Under the pieces are notes generated by a model. That model was given only the letters and a program-made list of their open reading frames with translations. It did not search any database and had not been told where the DNA came from. From NCBI GenBank assembly GCA_963666835.2, contig CAXXGO010000001.1, positions 640,001-704,000 of the forward strand: 64,000 nucleotides of DNA, written 5' to 3'. Source of the DNA: Phycisphaerae bacterium. Lineage in GTDB: Bacteria; Planctomycetota; Phycisphaerae; UBA1845. Position 1 is the first letter of the stretch. Every line of letters begins with the position of its first letter. The position numbers were made by a program, and so were the translations under genes. This document shows, one piece after another, positions 52,540 through 62,660 of this stretch.

Positions 52540-53820
52540 ATGCGCATCAGGTGGCGAGGATTGGAGTTGCCCGGTCGCGTTACTCGCGACGACACTGTAA
52601 GTACTGACTCGTACGGACGGTTCACGGTTGAGCCGTTTGAGCAGGGTTTCGGGACGACAATCGGCAATTCTCTCCGACGGGTGCTGCTTTCCAGTCTCGA
52701 AGGGGGAGCGGTGACGACCGTAAAGATCGGCGGTGTGGCCCATGAATTTGCGACTATCGAGGGTGTTCTGGAGGATGTCACCGACATCCTCCTCAACATC
52801 AAGGGGATAATCGTGAACATGGAGGATGATACCTCCAGGACCCTGTCCGTTGAGCGCAACGAGGCGGGGGAGGTTCGCGCCGGGGATGTGGTTTGTGAGG
52901 CCGGGGTCTCCATTGCGAACCCCGACCATCTGATTGCGACTTTGACGGACAACGTGCCGTTTAGGGTGGATATGACGGTTCGGAAGGGGCGGGGCTATGC
53001 GACGGCGAGTGACAATCGCTCGGCAGAGCAGGAGGTTGGGGTTATTCCCATCGACTCCGTCTTCTCGCCGGTTCAGCGAGTGCGTTTCCGCACGGAGGAT
53101 ATGCGGGTCGGGCAGCGAACGAACTACGATCGCCTTACTCTGGAAGTTTGGACTGACGGAACGGTGGCACCGGAAGACGCTATCGTGGAGGCCGGGTTGA
53201 TTCTGCGGAAGCACCTGAACCCGTTCGTGTCGTATTGCGACATGGGCGAGGAGTCGGTGACGCCGGTCGCCCAGGCGACGGCCGAGCAGTTCTACAGCGT
53301 AGATACCGAGACGGAGGAGCTGTTGAACAGCCCCGTTGCGGCGCTGTCCTTGTCGGTACGGGCGAGCAACTGCCTGGATGCGGCGCGGGTTGCCACGATC
53401 GGCGATCTGGTGGCGCGGACGGAAGCCGACTTGCTGCGGGTGCGGAGTTTTGGCAAGACCTCACTGAACGAGGTTCATCAAAAACTGGCTGAACTGGGTT
53501 TGCGGTTGGGAATGAAGGCCGGGGACGGAGTAGAGCCGGTTGACGATGCGGCGACACCTGCGAAGGGCGTGCCTTCGTGGACGGGTGGAAGCTCGGACGA
53601 TAGCACGGCGAGCGATGGAATGTCGATGGGGGACGTATTTCCAGCCGACGATAGCGCCACTCGATCTGAAGCAAGCAACACGGAGCCGCCGGTCAGGCCG
53701 GATGGCGAGGTGACGCGGGAATCTGGCGAGACCGGTGCCCCGGAGGACTCCGAAGGCGCCGACGATCCGCCCGCGGCCTCGGACTCGGGACCGATGGCGG
53801 CATACACCATGGACGATTAG
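52540..53820 (+). CDS. rpoA: RNA polymerase alpha subunit with an acidic C-terminal extension
   Basis: EPFEQGFGTTIGNSLRRVLLSS, LSVRASNCL, FGKTSLNEV. Confidence 0.97.
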   Translation: MRIRWRGLELPGRVTRDDTVSTDSYGRFTVEPFEQGFGTTIGNSLRRVLLSSLEGGAVTTVKIGGVAHEFATIEGVLEDVTDILLNIKGIIVNMEDDTSRTLSVERNEAGEVRAGDVVCEAGVSIANPDHLIATLTDNVPFRVDMTVRKGRGYATASDNRSAEQEVGVIPIDSVFSPVQRVRFRTEDMRVGQRTNYDRLTLEVWTDGTVAPEDAIVEAGLILRKHLNPFVSYCDMGEESVTPVAQATAEQFYSVDTETEELLNSPVAALSLSVRASNCLDAARVATIGDLVARTEADLLRVRSFGKTSLNEVHQKLAELGLRLGMKAGDGVEPVDDAATPAKGVPSWTGGSSDDSTASDGMSMGDVFPADDSATRSEASNTEPPVRPDGEVTRESGETGAPEDSEGADDPPAASDSGPMAAYTMDD

Positions 53821-53859
53821 CCGGACAGAGATGCTGTCGGGAGAATGTAAGGTAGCGAA

Positions 53860-54579
53860 ATGCGACATCGTATTCACCATCGAAAACTGAACCGCACGTC
53901 GGAACACCGTAAGGCGCTGCGGCGTAATATGGCGCAGAGTCTCATCGAGCACGGCCAGGTGACGACGACCTTGCCGAAAGCCAAGGACATCAGGCCTTTT
54001 TTCGAGCGATTGGTCACCTTGGCGGTGAAGGCCCGCACGCGGGCGGCGCAGAACGATGCAGCCGGATCGCTTCGGGCACGTCGGGCGATCCATCATTTGC
54101 TCGGCGATCGTGCGATTATCCCGAAAGAGCATCAGGATGCATACGAGGGCATGACGGACGCGGCGCGGGCGAGGACGTTGCGGATGGCCAGTGGTCGCCG
54201 CTACCGGACCGGTGAGCCGCGCGGTCGTTTGGCGTTCACCGCGGAGTCCGTTTCGCACTATCTCATCGAGAAAGTCGCTCCGCGTTTCGAGGACCGACCG
54301 GGCGGATATACTCGCCTGATTCGGCTGGCCAAGCGGAGGATCGGCGACAACTCGGCCCTGGCGATGATTCAACTGGTCGGTGATGAAGAGGCGCCGCTGT
54401 CGTTGACTAAGCCGGCGCGCTCGGCGCGGCGTACGCGGACCGATTCGAGGTACGCGATGGCGATTCGAGTGGCTAAGGCATGGTCAGGTAAGGGCGCGGC
54501 ACCGGTGAAGAAGAGCGAGGAGCCGGAAACGCCTGCCGGCGATGCCGTGGAGCCCGGCGACGAGCAGACTGAGGAATAG
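53860..54579 (+). CDS. rplQ: 50S ribosomal protein L17 (extended)
   Basis: MRHR..RKLNRTSEHRKAL, TTLPKAK, RPGGYTR. Confidence 0.95.
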   Translation: MRHRIHHRKLNRTSEHRKALRRNMAQSLIEHGQVTTTLPKAKDIRPFFERLVTLAVKARTRAAQNDAAGSLRARRAIHHLLGDRAIIPKEHQDAYEGMTDAARARTLRMASGRRYRTGEPRGRLAFTAESVSHYLIEKVAPRFEDRPGGYTRLIRLAKRRIGDNSALAMIQLVGDEEAPLSLTKPARSARRTRTDSRYAMAIRVAKAWSGKGAAPVKKSEEPETPAGDAVEPGDEQTEE

Positions 54580-54755
54580 GGATGGCCGGTAGCGCGGAGT
54601 GCGGTGCTGCCGAAACCTCGTCGCGCGGGTCGTGTTATCCCTCCGGTGCTGTTGGTCCGGAGGGTGATTCTGGTCGATGGCCGGGTGCGGTCTGGTGCGG
54701 GTAGTCCCGTATCCTGTGGCCGGATCGGCCGACCTCCCCGGTTGTGGAGGTTCCC

Positions 54756-55187
54756 ATGTCGCGCGATGCCGATTGTATTTTCTGCAAGATAGTAGCGGTC
54801 GAGATCCCTGCGGCGGTCGTCTATGAGGACGAAAGCCTGTTGGCGTTTCTCGATGTTTCCCCGCTGGCTGCCGGTCACGTTCTGGTGGTTCCCCAAGCAC
54901 ACTACAGCAGTCTAGTTGACCTTCCGGTAGAGATTGCGACCCAGATAGCCCTGGTATTGCCCCGGCTCGGTCGGGCCTTGATGGAAGTTACGCAGGCCGA
55001 GGGGTTCAATGTGCTGGTCAACGATGGTGCGGCGGCCGGGCAAGTAGTGCCGCACCTGCACTTCCACCTGATACCTCGGAAGACCGGTGACGGGCTCGGT
55101 TACCGATGGAATGCCGGCTCGTACGAGGGGGACAGGGCCAAGGAGCTGGCCGCGGCCTATCAGCAGGCTTTAACCTCACATAGATAG
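54756..55187 (+). CDS. HIT family nucleotide hydrolase
   Basis: CIFCKI, AGQVVPHLHFHLIPR histidine triad. Confidence 0.93.
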   Translation: MSRDADCIFCKIVAVEIPAAVVYEDESLLAFLDVSPLAAGHVLVVPQAHYSSLVDLPVEIATQIALVLPRLGRALMEVTQAEGFNVLVNDGAAAGQVVPHLHFHLIPRKTGDGLGYRWNAGSYEGDRAKELAAAYQQALTSHR

Positions 55188-55235
55188 TCCTGGACTGCCG
55201 TCTTTATGCCGAGAACGCGGTACGTGCGGGCCGGG

Positions 55236-55658
55236 TCACTCGCCGAGTACCTGCACGACAATACGCCGGGATCTTCGCCGCGTGTCGAAATCGAGAAGGA
55301 CGATCTGCTGCCACGTTCCAAGCCGCATCTGCCCATTGATGAACGGTACGGTGAGGCTGGGGCCGACCAACGCGGCGCGGACGTGCGAGTGCCCGTTGTC
55401 GTCGTGCCAGGTTTCCTCGTGCAGGTAACGTCCGTCCTCGGGAGCGATCTTCTCAAACGCGGCCTTGAGATCGTGATTCGCCAAGCCCGGCTCGAACTCG
55501 GTCGTGGTGATACCGGCCGTAGAGCCGACGGCGAAGACGGTGACCGTGCCCGTCCGGATAGTGCCCTCGCCCAAGCACCGGGTGACTTGCTCGGTGATGT
55601 TGACAACGTGGTTGTTACCATGGGTGGATACTTCGAACTCGTGGGGTTCGACGGCCAT
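55236..55658 (-). CDS. yjbQ: YjbQ / UPF0047 family protein
   Basis: GSTAGITTTE, NGHSHVRA, LGTWQQI. Confidence 0.9.
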   Translation of the reverse strand: MAVEPHEFEVSTHGNNHVVNITEQVTRCLGEGTIRTGTVTVFAVGSTAGITTTEFEPGLANHDLKAAFEKIAPEDGRYLHEETWHDDNGHSHVRAALVGPSLTVPFINGQMRLGTWQQIVLLDFDTRRRSRRIVVQVLGE

Positions 55659-55787
55659 GTCCGGAGTGTACTCCGGTGCTGGTCGGGATCAACACGAAGG
55701 ACTGTGATGGCAGGCACGGGTACGAGATCCCTGATATGATGGCGTTGTTGAAGTTGGGTCCGAGACCAAGCTCGCGAGGTTGGGACA

Positions 55788-56933
55788 ATGCTCGATTACA
55801 GAACATCCGGTGAATCGCATGGTCGGGCGGTGATAGCCTACATTGAGGGTCTGCCGTCCGATCTGGCTTTCGACGAGGGCGTAGTCAACGCGGAGCTGTT
55901 ACGGCGCCAGGGGGGTCACGGCCGGGGCGGGCGCATGGAGATCGAACAGGATGCGGTCGAAATCATATCCGGTGTTCGGCGGGGGAAGACGATCGGTTCT
56001 CCGATCACGTTGTTGATCCGCAATTGCGACTTTCGGATCGATGATGCTCCGGCGGTTCAGCGTCCCCGACCGGGGCACGCGGATCTTGCGGGCAGCCTTA
56101 AGTGGCTGACTACGGACTGTCGCAACGTGTTGGAGCGGGCGTCTGCGCGGGAGACGGCCGCCCGGGTGGCGGCCGGGGCGACGGCTCGGGGTTTGCTGCG
56201 AGAGTTCGGCATCGACGTCGTTGGCTATGTGGTTCGCGTCGGCTCGGTTACCGGGCAAGTGGATGCCGAGGTGAATCTTGCCGATTTGCGACATGAACGT
56301 GACACCAACGAAGTGTATTGTCCGGACGCCCGGGTCGTGCAGGGGATGATCGAAGCCATCGATCAGGCGGCGGCAGATGGAGATACGGTCGGCGGGGTTA
56401 TTGAGGTGCAGGTTGAGGGGCACCCGCCGGGTCTGGGAAGCTGCATGTGCCGGCAGGATCGGTTGGACGGTGCTTTGATGGGGGCGGTTGGTTCGATCCA
56501 GGCGATCAAGGGCGTTGAGATCGGGTTAGGGTTCGCAGCGGCCGGGGAGCTCGGCAGTCGGGTACACGACGAGATCGAGTTCGATCCGACACGGCGCGAT
56601 GCGCCGAAGATGGGTTTCTCGCGGCGGTCGAATCGCGCGGGCGGGTTAGAAGGCGGGATGACCAACGGGGAGCGGATCGTTCTTCGCGCGGCGATGAAGC
56701 CGATCAGCACGCTGACGAAGGGGCTGGACAGTGTGAATCTCGCCAGCGGGCAACCGGAACGGTCGGACTATGAACGCAGCGACGTTTGTGCGGTTCCCGC
56801 CGCCAGTGTGGTGGTTGAGAACGTTGTGGCCTTTGAAATCGCTCGTGCGGTCCTGGCCAAGTTCGGGGGCGACTCGTTGGGCGAAGTCCGGGGGGCGTAT
56901 GACCGCTACGTCGAGGCGCTAAAGTCGATGTGA
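55788..56933 (+). CDS. aroC: Chorismate synthase
   Basis: TSGESHG, RPGHADL, RASARETA, GGLEGG, KPISTL, RSDVC. Confidence 0.96.
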   Translation: MLDYRTSGESHGRAVIAYIEGLPSDLAFDEGVVNAELLRRQGGHGRGGRMEIEQDAVEIISGVRRGKTIGSPITLLIRNCDFRIDDAPAVQRPRPGHADLAGSLKWLTTDCRNVLERASARETAARVAAGATARGLLREFGIDVVGYVVRVGSVTGQVDAEVNLADLRHERDTNEVYCPDARVVQGMIEAIDQAAADGDTVGGVIEVQVEGHPPGLGSCMCRQDRLDGALMGAVGSIQAIKGVEIGLGFAAAGELGSRVHDEIEFDPTRRDAPKMGFSRRSNRAGGLEGGMTNGERIVLRAAMKPISTLTKGLDSVNLASGQPERSDYERSDVCAVPAASVVVENVVAFEIARAVLAKFGGDSLGEVRGAYDRYVEALKSM

Positions 56934-56982
56934 CTCTTGTATGAGATGGACCCGGCGGGGGCGGGGCGTTGCCCCCGAAAAA

Positions 56983-57069
56983 CGGAGGAGGAGGGATTCG
57001 AACCCCCGAGACGATTTCTCGCCTAACGGTTTTCAAGACCGTCGCCTTCAGCCGCTCGGCCACTCCTCC
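56983..57069 (-). tRNA. tRNA-Ser(TGA)
   Basis: GGAGGAG/CTCCTCC acceptor stem, ACGGT-CT-TGA-AA-ACCGT anticodon arm, long variable arm, G discriminator. Confidence 0.95.
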
Positions 57070-57496
57070 ATATCGGTTTCAGGCGGTGTGTCAATAACGA
57101 GGGCGGACACCGCTCAGGGCGAAATTCTTGCGTTTGTGAGCGAAATCACGGTTCGGATCAGCTTCTTCGCCGGAAGGTGATGCGAGCGCTCACCGCGCGC
57201 TGCGTAGCATAAACGCGGAGTCAATTACCATCAAGGCATCGCCAGTGCTCTCTCGTAGGCAGAGGTTTGAGTTCGGTACGTACCGTGTTCCGTTCTTGAA
57301 GTGCTCAGAAGCAGTGGCACCTCTGGAGTCTTCCCAGTATTCCAAGAGGCGGATGGATGGGGGGGTGGTTGGGCGGTTCGAGATTGGCTACCAACAATGT
57401 CCCTTATTGTGCGTCTTTACTTCCGGGAGGTGTGTACCTATTGATAGATATAGTGCTGGTTTCGGCGGAGGCATTTCACCCCAATAGGAGTTCGCT

Positions 57497-59218
57497 ATGA
57501 ACAGATCGAATCTCAACGGATATAGCAGGTGGGTCATATTGGCGTTGCCGGTTCTGCTTGTGGTCAGCGGCAGTGTGGCGCTGGCGGGTCCGGACACCGG
57601 GTTGTTGGAGATCATGCGGAGTGAGCTGGATCTGTCGATGAACAAGCTCGTGTCTCCGGACGGTACGAAACCCTATTTCATCCAGTACTCGGTTACGGAT
57701 GAGAAGGACCTTGCCATCTCGGCGTCGCTCGGATCCGTGACCCGCGATCACGATAGCCACTCTCGGCAACTGGAGGTAGATGTTCGGTGCGGGGATTACG
57801 CCCTGGACAATACACATCAGATTCGAGGGGGGTATTGGGGCGGGTATGACTACTGGCAGGGGGCGGTCAGTCTACCGCTCGAAGGTGACCCGGTTGCGAC
57901 CCGGCATGCTATCTGGCTGGAGACGGATACGAAGTTCAAGGCGGCGGTGAAGCGGCTCGGGCAGGTCAAGGCTAACGTGAAGGTGATGGTCGAAGAGGAG
58001 GATCTGTCGGACGACTTCTCCCGGGAGGATCCCAGCGTTCACCAGGGCGAGTGGTTGGACCAGCCGGCCGATGTTCGGTCGTTGACCGAGCGGATCAAGA
58101 AGTTCTCGCGGCGGTTTAGAGACCATCCGCTCATCTACAATTCCGGGGTAAGCCTCAGCGGGAACGTCACGAACCGATTGGCCGTCAATTCGGAAGGGAG
58201 CCGGTTGCAGTTCGGGCGGGGCTGGTGGCGGATCGGAATCCAGGCCTCGACGATCGCGGACGACGGCATGGAGCTGTCACAGTATCACGCCTTCGACGCG
58301 CATTCTCCGGACGGGCTGCCGGACGACCAGACGATTATCGACGCAGTAGATAAGGTGATTGCCGATGTTATGGCACTGCGCGAGGCGCCGATCGTCGACC
58401 CGTATACGGGTCCGGCGATTCTGCGCGGCCGGGCCAGCGGAGTCTTTTTCCACGAGATCTTCGGTCACCGTATCGAGGGCCATCGCCAGAAGGACGTGGA
58501 GGAAGGTCAGACCTTTGCCAAGAAGATCGGCAAGGAGATCCTGCCGCCGTTTCTCAGCATAGTGGACGATCCGACTAAGAGGGTGTTCAACGGGGTCGAG
58601 CTGAACGGGTTTTACGAGTTCGACGAGGAGTGCATTCCGGCTCAGGCGGCTCATGTGGTAGTCAGCGGGGTGTTGGAGACGTTCCTGTTGTCGCGGTCCC
58701 CGACGCGGGGTTTTACGAAGTCGAACGGACACGGGCGGCGGCAGCCGGGGATGGGAGTCGTTGCCCGGCAGGGTAATCTGTACGTTAATTCGAGCAAACA
58801 GGTTCCGTTGGCGACCTTGCGGCGGATGCTGATAGACGAGTGCAAGAAGCAAGGGAAAGAATACGGCTTGTTGTTCGACGATATCTCGGGTGGTTTTACG
58901 ATGACCACGCGCTGGATGCCGCAGGCGTTCAAGGTCGAACCGATCCTGGTTTATAAGGTCTACCCGGACGGCCGGCCGGACGAGCTTGTGCGCGGGGTCG
59001 ACATCGTGGGCACGCCCTTGACGTGTTTCTCGAAGATTCTGGCGAACGCGGACGATCCGGAGGTGTTCAACGGTATCTGCGGAGCGGAATCGGGAGCGGT
59101 GCCGGTATCGTCTATCTCTCCGAGCATTCTCGTGGAACAGGTCGAGATCGAGAAGAAGGAGAAGTCGCAGGACCGGCCGCCGATCCTCGAGGCTCCGATC
59201 GCGACAGAGAGTAAGTAG
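57497..59218 (+). CDS. TldD-family metalloprotease with a signal peptide
   Basis: FFHEIFGHRIEG (HExxxH), DDPT, SNGHGR, GICGAES; hydrophobic leader ending VALA. Confidence 0.88.
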   Translation: MNRSNLNGYSRWVILALPVLLVVSGSVALAGPDTGLLEIMRSELDLSMNKLVSPDGTKPYFIQYSVTDEKDLAISASLGSVTRDHDSHSRQLEVDVRCGDYALDNTHQIRGGYWGGYDYWQGAVSLPLEGDPVATRHAIWLETDTKFKAAVKRLGQVKANVKVMVEEEDLSDDFSREDPSVHQGEWLDQPADVRSLTERIKKFSRRFRDHPLIYNSGVSLSGNVTNRLAVNSEGSRLQFGRGWWRIGIQASTIADDGMELSQYHAFDAHSPDGLPDDQTIIDAVDKVIADVMALREAPIVDPYTGPAILRGRASGVFFHEIFGHRIEGHRQKDVEEGQTFAKKIGKEILPPFLSIVDDPTKRVFNGVELNGFYEFDEECIPAQAAHVVVSGVLETFLLSRSPTRGFTKSNGHGRRQPGMGVVARQGNLYVNSSKQVPLATLRRMLIDECKKQGKEYGLLFDDISGGFTMTTRWMPQAFKVEPILVYKVYPDGRPDELVRGVDIVGTPLTCFSKILANADDPEVFNGICGAESGAVPVSSISPSILVEQVEIEKKEKSQDRPPILEAPIATESK

Positions 59219-59281
59219 GGCGACAGCCGCCGTTACTATGACAGTTAGTGACAAGCCAACCTCCATTAGGGAGATTATTCC

Positions 59282-60994
59282 GTGAAACGAATCATTACTG
59301 CGATGTTCATGCTGACGCTGCCGGTCGGCGTAGTCGAGGCAACCGATGACCTTCAGCGGGAGATGAGGGATGACGTTGTCCTGCGCGCTCTGGTTGATGA
59401 ACTTCAGCGCGGCAAGGTGGGTCTCAAGCTCGAAGGACTGGAGAGTCCGTATTATGTGGAATACGGTTTGACCGATGCCAATCAGGTGTCAGTGCAGGCG
59501 GCGTTGGGGGCGGTGACCGGAAAGAACATCAACCGGTCGCGGCGTCTCCAAGACGACGTGCGCGTAGGGTCGTATGAGTTGGACAACACCAACTTCCAGG
59601 GGGACCGCGGTTGGTGGGGCGGATCGTGGGGGTACTTTGGAGGGTCGATCCCGCTCGAGGATGACTACATGGCGATCCGCCAGGCCGTCTGGTGGACGAC
59701 GGATCGGAAGTACAAGGACGTGGTCGAGGCGTTTGAAAAGAAGAAGGCCTTCATGGAGGATAAGGTTATCGAGGACAAACCCGATGACTTCTCCCGAGAG
59801 AAGCCGACCGTTCATTTCGACGCCCGGGCGGATCTGAGCCTGGATGAGGCCAAGGTCGAGGAACTGGCGGTGGCGCTTTCCCGGCTGTTCCGCGAGCATC
59901 CGGATGTTCAACAGTCGAGTGTCAGCGTTTCGTCATCCGCGTGGAATAAGTATCTGGTGAACACCGAAGGCACGCGGCTGCGGGTCGCCGGTTCGGGGAG
60001 CTCGGTGACCGTGCAGGCCACGGTGCAGGCGGACGATGGAATGAAGTTTTCCGACAAGGTTACGGCTACGGCGCGGACCTTCGATGCGTTGCCGGATAAG
60101 GCGGAGTTGGTCAAGCGTTGCGGTGAGATGATCGATCGACTTCGCGTGGTGAAAGACGCGCCGAAGCTCGAGAGTTATGCCGGTCCGGTTCTGTTCGAGG
60201 CTCCGGCCGCGGCCGGGCTCTTCGCTCAGCGCTTTGCCCGTCGTTTCACGGGGGGGCAGCGAGCGTTGGGCGGTCGGGGCAATCCTGACGACTTGGCGAA
60301 GAAGCTGGGCAAGCGCATCTTGCCGCGTTTCGTCGATGTCGTTGACGACCCGACGTTGGAGGAGCTTGAGGGCGAGCCGGTGGTGGGGCACTATCGCTAC
60401 GATGAGCAGGGGGTGCCGGCCCAACCGGTGAAGCTGGTGGAGAGCGGGAAGCTCCGAGCGATGCTGATGTCGCGCAATCCGTCCAAGGAGTTCAAGCAGT
60501 CCAACGGGCATGGGCGGGGGCGCGGGGCCGCTCCGGGAGTCTTGATCTTGAAGGCCGACGGCGGTGCCGACGAGGCGGCGCTGCGGGCCGAGTTGCTCGA
60601 AGCCTGTGAGGACGAGGATCTCGAGTACGGCATCAAGGTGGCAGCACTGGGCGGATCCGGAGATTCCAACGGATTCTCCCGGTATTCGTTCGATTTCGAT
60701 TTCGATTTCGGGGGCGGCCGCGGTCGCGGAGGGACCTTGCCGCTGGTCATGTACAAAGTCTATCCCGACGGACGGGAGGAGCCGATTCGCGGAGCCGAGT
60801 TTGCCGACATCGACGCCAAGGCGTTCAAGCGGGTCCTGGCCGCGGGGGACTCGCTGCACGTTATTAACGAAGGGGGGCGGCAGCGCCGAACGGTTGCGGC
60901 TCCGGCACTGCTGTTCGAGGAACTGGACCTGACGGAGATCGATCGTGACTTCGACAAGCCGCCGATTCTGCCTTCGCCGCTGGCGCGGCAGTAA
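59282..60994 (+). CDS. TldE/PmbA-like non-catalytic partner with a signal peptide
   Basis: Paralogous to the upstream gene (PYYVEY, YELDNT, DDFSRE, DDPT, SNGHGR) but lacks HExxxH. Confidence 0.82.
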   Translation: MKRIITAMFMLTLPVGVVEATDDLQREMRDDVVLRALVDELQRGKVGLKLEGLESPYYVEYGLTDANQVSVQAALGAVTGKNINRSRRLQDDVRVGSYELDNTNFQGDRGWWGGSWGYFGGSIPLEDDYMAIRQAVWWTTDRKYKDVVEAFEKKKAFMEDKVIEDKPDDFSREKPTVHFDARADLSLDEAKVEELAVALSRLFREHPDVQQSSVSVSSSAWNKYLVNTEGTRLRVAGSGSSVTVQATVQADDGMKFSDKVTATARTFDALPDKAELVKRCGEMIDRLRVVKDAPKLESYAGPVLFEAPAAAGLFAQRFARRFTGGQRALGGRGNPDDLAKKLGKRILPRFVDVVDDPTLEELEGEPVVGHYRYDEQGVPAQPVKLVESGKLRAMLMSRNPSKEFKQSNGHGRGRGAAPGVLILKADGGADEAALRAELLEACEDEDLEYGIKVAALGGSGDSNGFSRYSFDFDFDFGGGRGRGGTLPLVMYKVYPDGREEPIRGAEFADIDAKAFKRVLAAGDSLHVINEGGRQRRTVAAPALLFEELDLTEIDRDFDKPPILPSPLARQ

Positions 60995-61085
60995 AGGGCG
61001 CGAGCAGAGGATACGGAGGTTCTGGTCCCGGGTTGGTCGGATCGAGCGGTTGAGGTCTATGGTCTGACCCCCGGGAGCAGGGGGG

Positions 61086-62441
61086 ATGTTGCCTATGCTG
61101 GCAAAGCTCGTCGCGGGGCTTGTTGGCCTGCTGTTCGTGGTAGGCCTTGTTCTCGCCCTCTGTGCGCATTCTGCGAATCGTCGTTGGCAAGGGCAACTTG
61201 CCGCGCTGCGGGCCGCGGGTGAGCCTCTGACCATCCAAGACATTCAGGCCCTGCGTGCGCCGGCGACGGGCGAGGGCGACACTATTGCCGACGTGGTCAC
61301 CCGCGCGGCGGACGAGGTAGAAGCCATACGGGGTCCGGTGCCGAGAGGGGTTCTCGGGATGCCCGGCGGCCCTGATATTGACTTTTTCGCGGGCATTCCG
61401 GCTGGCGCTATTGGAATGACGCGGGATTATGTGTCCGCTCGTCGATCGGCCCTGACGAGGCTGGGCATTATCGAGGGACTTCGGCCCGGCCGTTATGCCA
61501 TCTCGTATGACGGCTCGCCGGCAGACCTGACGCGATTCACAGACGAAGGGCCTCCGATTCGTCATCTGACACAGTTGCTTTACCTGGATGCAACGTTAAG
61601 ACTTGTCGACGGCGATACGGAGGGAGCAGCATCCAACATACCCCTACTACTGCGGATTCTGTCCCCGGAGGCAGACGAACCTACCGGGATGGCAGGCTTG
61701 ACCTCGGCAGGGGCGGTCGTGAGGGCCACCCGCGTTCTCCAAGACGTGCTTCGAGTGGGAGTCCTGCAAGATGAGACTCTCCGGCGTCTGGATGCGGAGT
61801 TCGCAGACTGCCTCGCTTCGCACTCGGTAAGGTGGGCTTTGTGGGGTGATCGAGCGGGGTTCATAGCGGTCTTGGAGCAGCATCACAGTATTGGCGGTGT
61901 TGCGGGGATGGTCCTGCGCCTTCAAGACGGAGATCACCCGGAGCGCGTGATGGAGATGTTCGGCTGGCTTCTTGATGCCGGAGAAGACCCTGCCGAACTC
62001 CTTGCGGCCGCCAAGCGGGTCGAAACGGAGCTGCAGAAGCAAAGCGAATGGCAGTCCTTGACGAGTTGGACCGTGATTCGCACTCCGTCGTTGGTTGTCG
62101 CGCACGTTTGGGGCATTGCCGAGATCCGAGCGGCACGTGTGGTCGTTGCTGTGGAGCGGTTCCGTTTGAAGGAAGGCGAGTTTCCGGAATTGCTCGAGGA
62201 ACTTGTCCCGGAGTACCTCTCCGAGATCCCCACGGATCCGTTCGACGGATTACCCATGAAGATCGCCCGGACCGACGCTGGTTTGGTTGTCTACTCGGTG
62301 GGGCGTGACGAAGTCGACAATAGTGGCAGTGTCGTGCCGGACGAAGGTGCGCGGGAGGCGCGCGACCAGGGCTTTCGGCTTCTTGACGGTGCAGAGCGAG
62401 GAGTCGTCCTTATCGACTCACCGAAGGTGGACGTCGATTAG
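61086..62441 (+). CDS. Membrane-anchored hypothetical protein with a C-terminal GspG-like motif
   Basis: N-terminal TM helix; FPELLEELVPEYLSEIPTDPFDG...YSVGRDEVDNSG. Confidence 0.65.
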   Translation: MLPMLAKLVAGLVGLLFVVGLVLALCAHSANRRWQGQLAALRAAGEPLTIQDIQALRAPATGEGDTIADVVTRAADEVEAIRGPVPRGVLGMPGGPDIDFFAGIPAGAIGMTRDYVSARRSALTRLGIIEGLRPGRYAISYDGSPADLTRFTDEGPPIRHLTQLLYLDATLRLVDGDTEGAASNIPLLLRILSPEADEPTGMAGLTSAGAVVRATRVLQDVLRVGVLQDETLRRLDAEFADCLASHSVRWALWGDRAGFIAVLEQHHSIGGVAGMVLRLQDGDHPERVMEMFGWLLDAGEDPAELLAAAKRVETELQKQSEWQSLTSWTVIRTPSLVVAHVWGIAEIRAARVVVAVERFRLKEGEFPELLEELVPEYLSEIPTDPFDGLPMKIARTDAGLVVYSVGRDEVDNSGSVVPDEGAREARDQGFRLLDGAERGVVLIDSPKVDVD

Positions 62442-62510
62442 CGGCGGTTAGGTCGCGCGGGCAAGGTGTGTTCGCAGCCTGCACGAAGGGGCGCGAGCTG
62501 ACTCAGACAC

Positions 62511-62539
62511 CACGGGCCAACAAGTTGGCCCATGCCACC
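62511..62539 (-). repeat. Solo REP-B copy
   Basis: Reverse complement GGTGGCATGGGCCAACTTGTTGGCCCGTG, identical to the array copies. Confidence 0.93.
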
Positions 62540-62660
62540 AGGTGAGCTGCTTTTTCCAGGAACCGGGGGCGGCTCCGCGCGTCTAACCCCCTGTCGTCGC
62601 GAGATTCTCCGGTGTTGGGGGCGGGGGCGACGGGGTGGGTAACACGCGAAGGAGGCAGCT

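Noticed and set aside
57067..57094. TTGACA on the minus strand upstream of tRNA-Ser as a promoter
   Set aside because: The implied -10 would be weak and overlap the tRNA 5' end, placing the start site inside the tRNA.
56940..57480. tRNA-Ser as an integration site for a mobile element
   Set aside because: No integrase nearby and no duplicated tRNA 3' end seen in the window.
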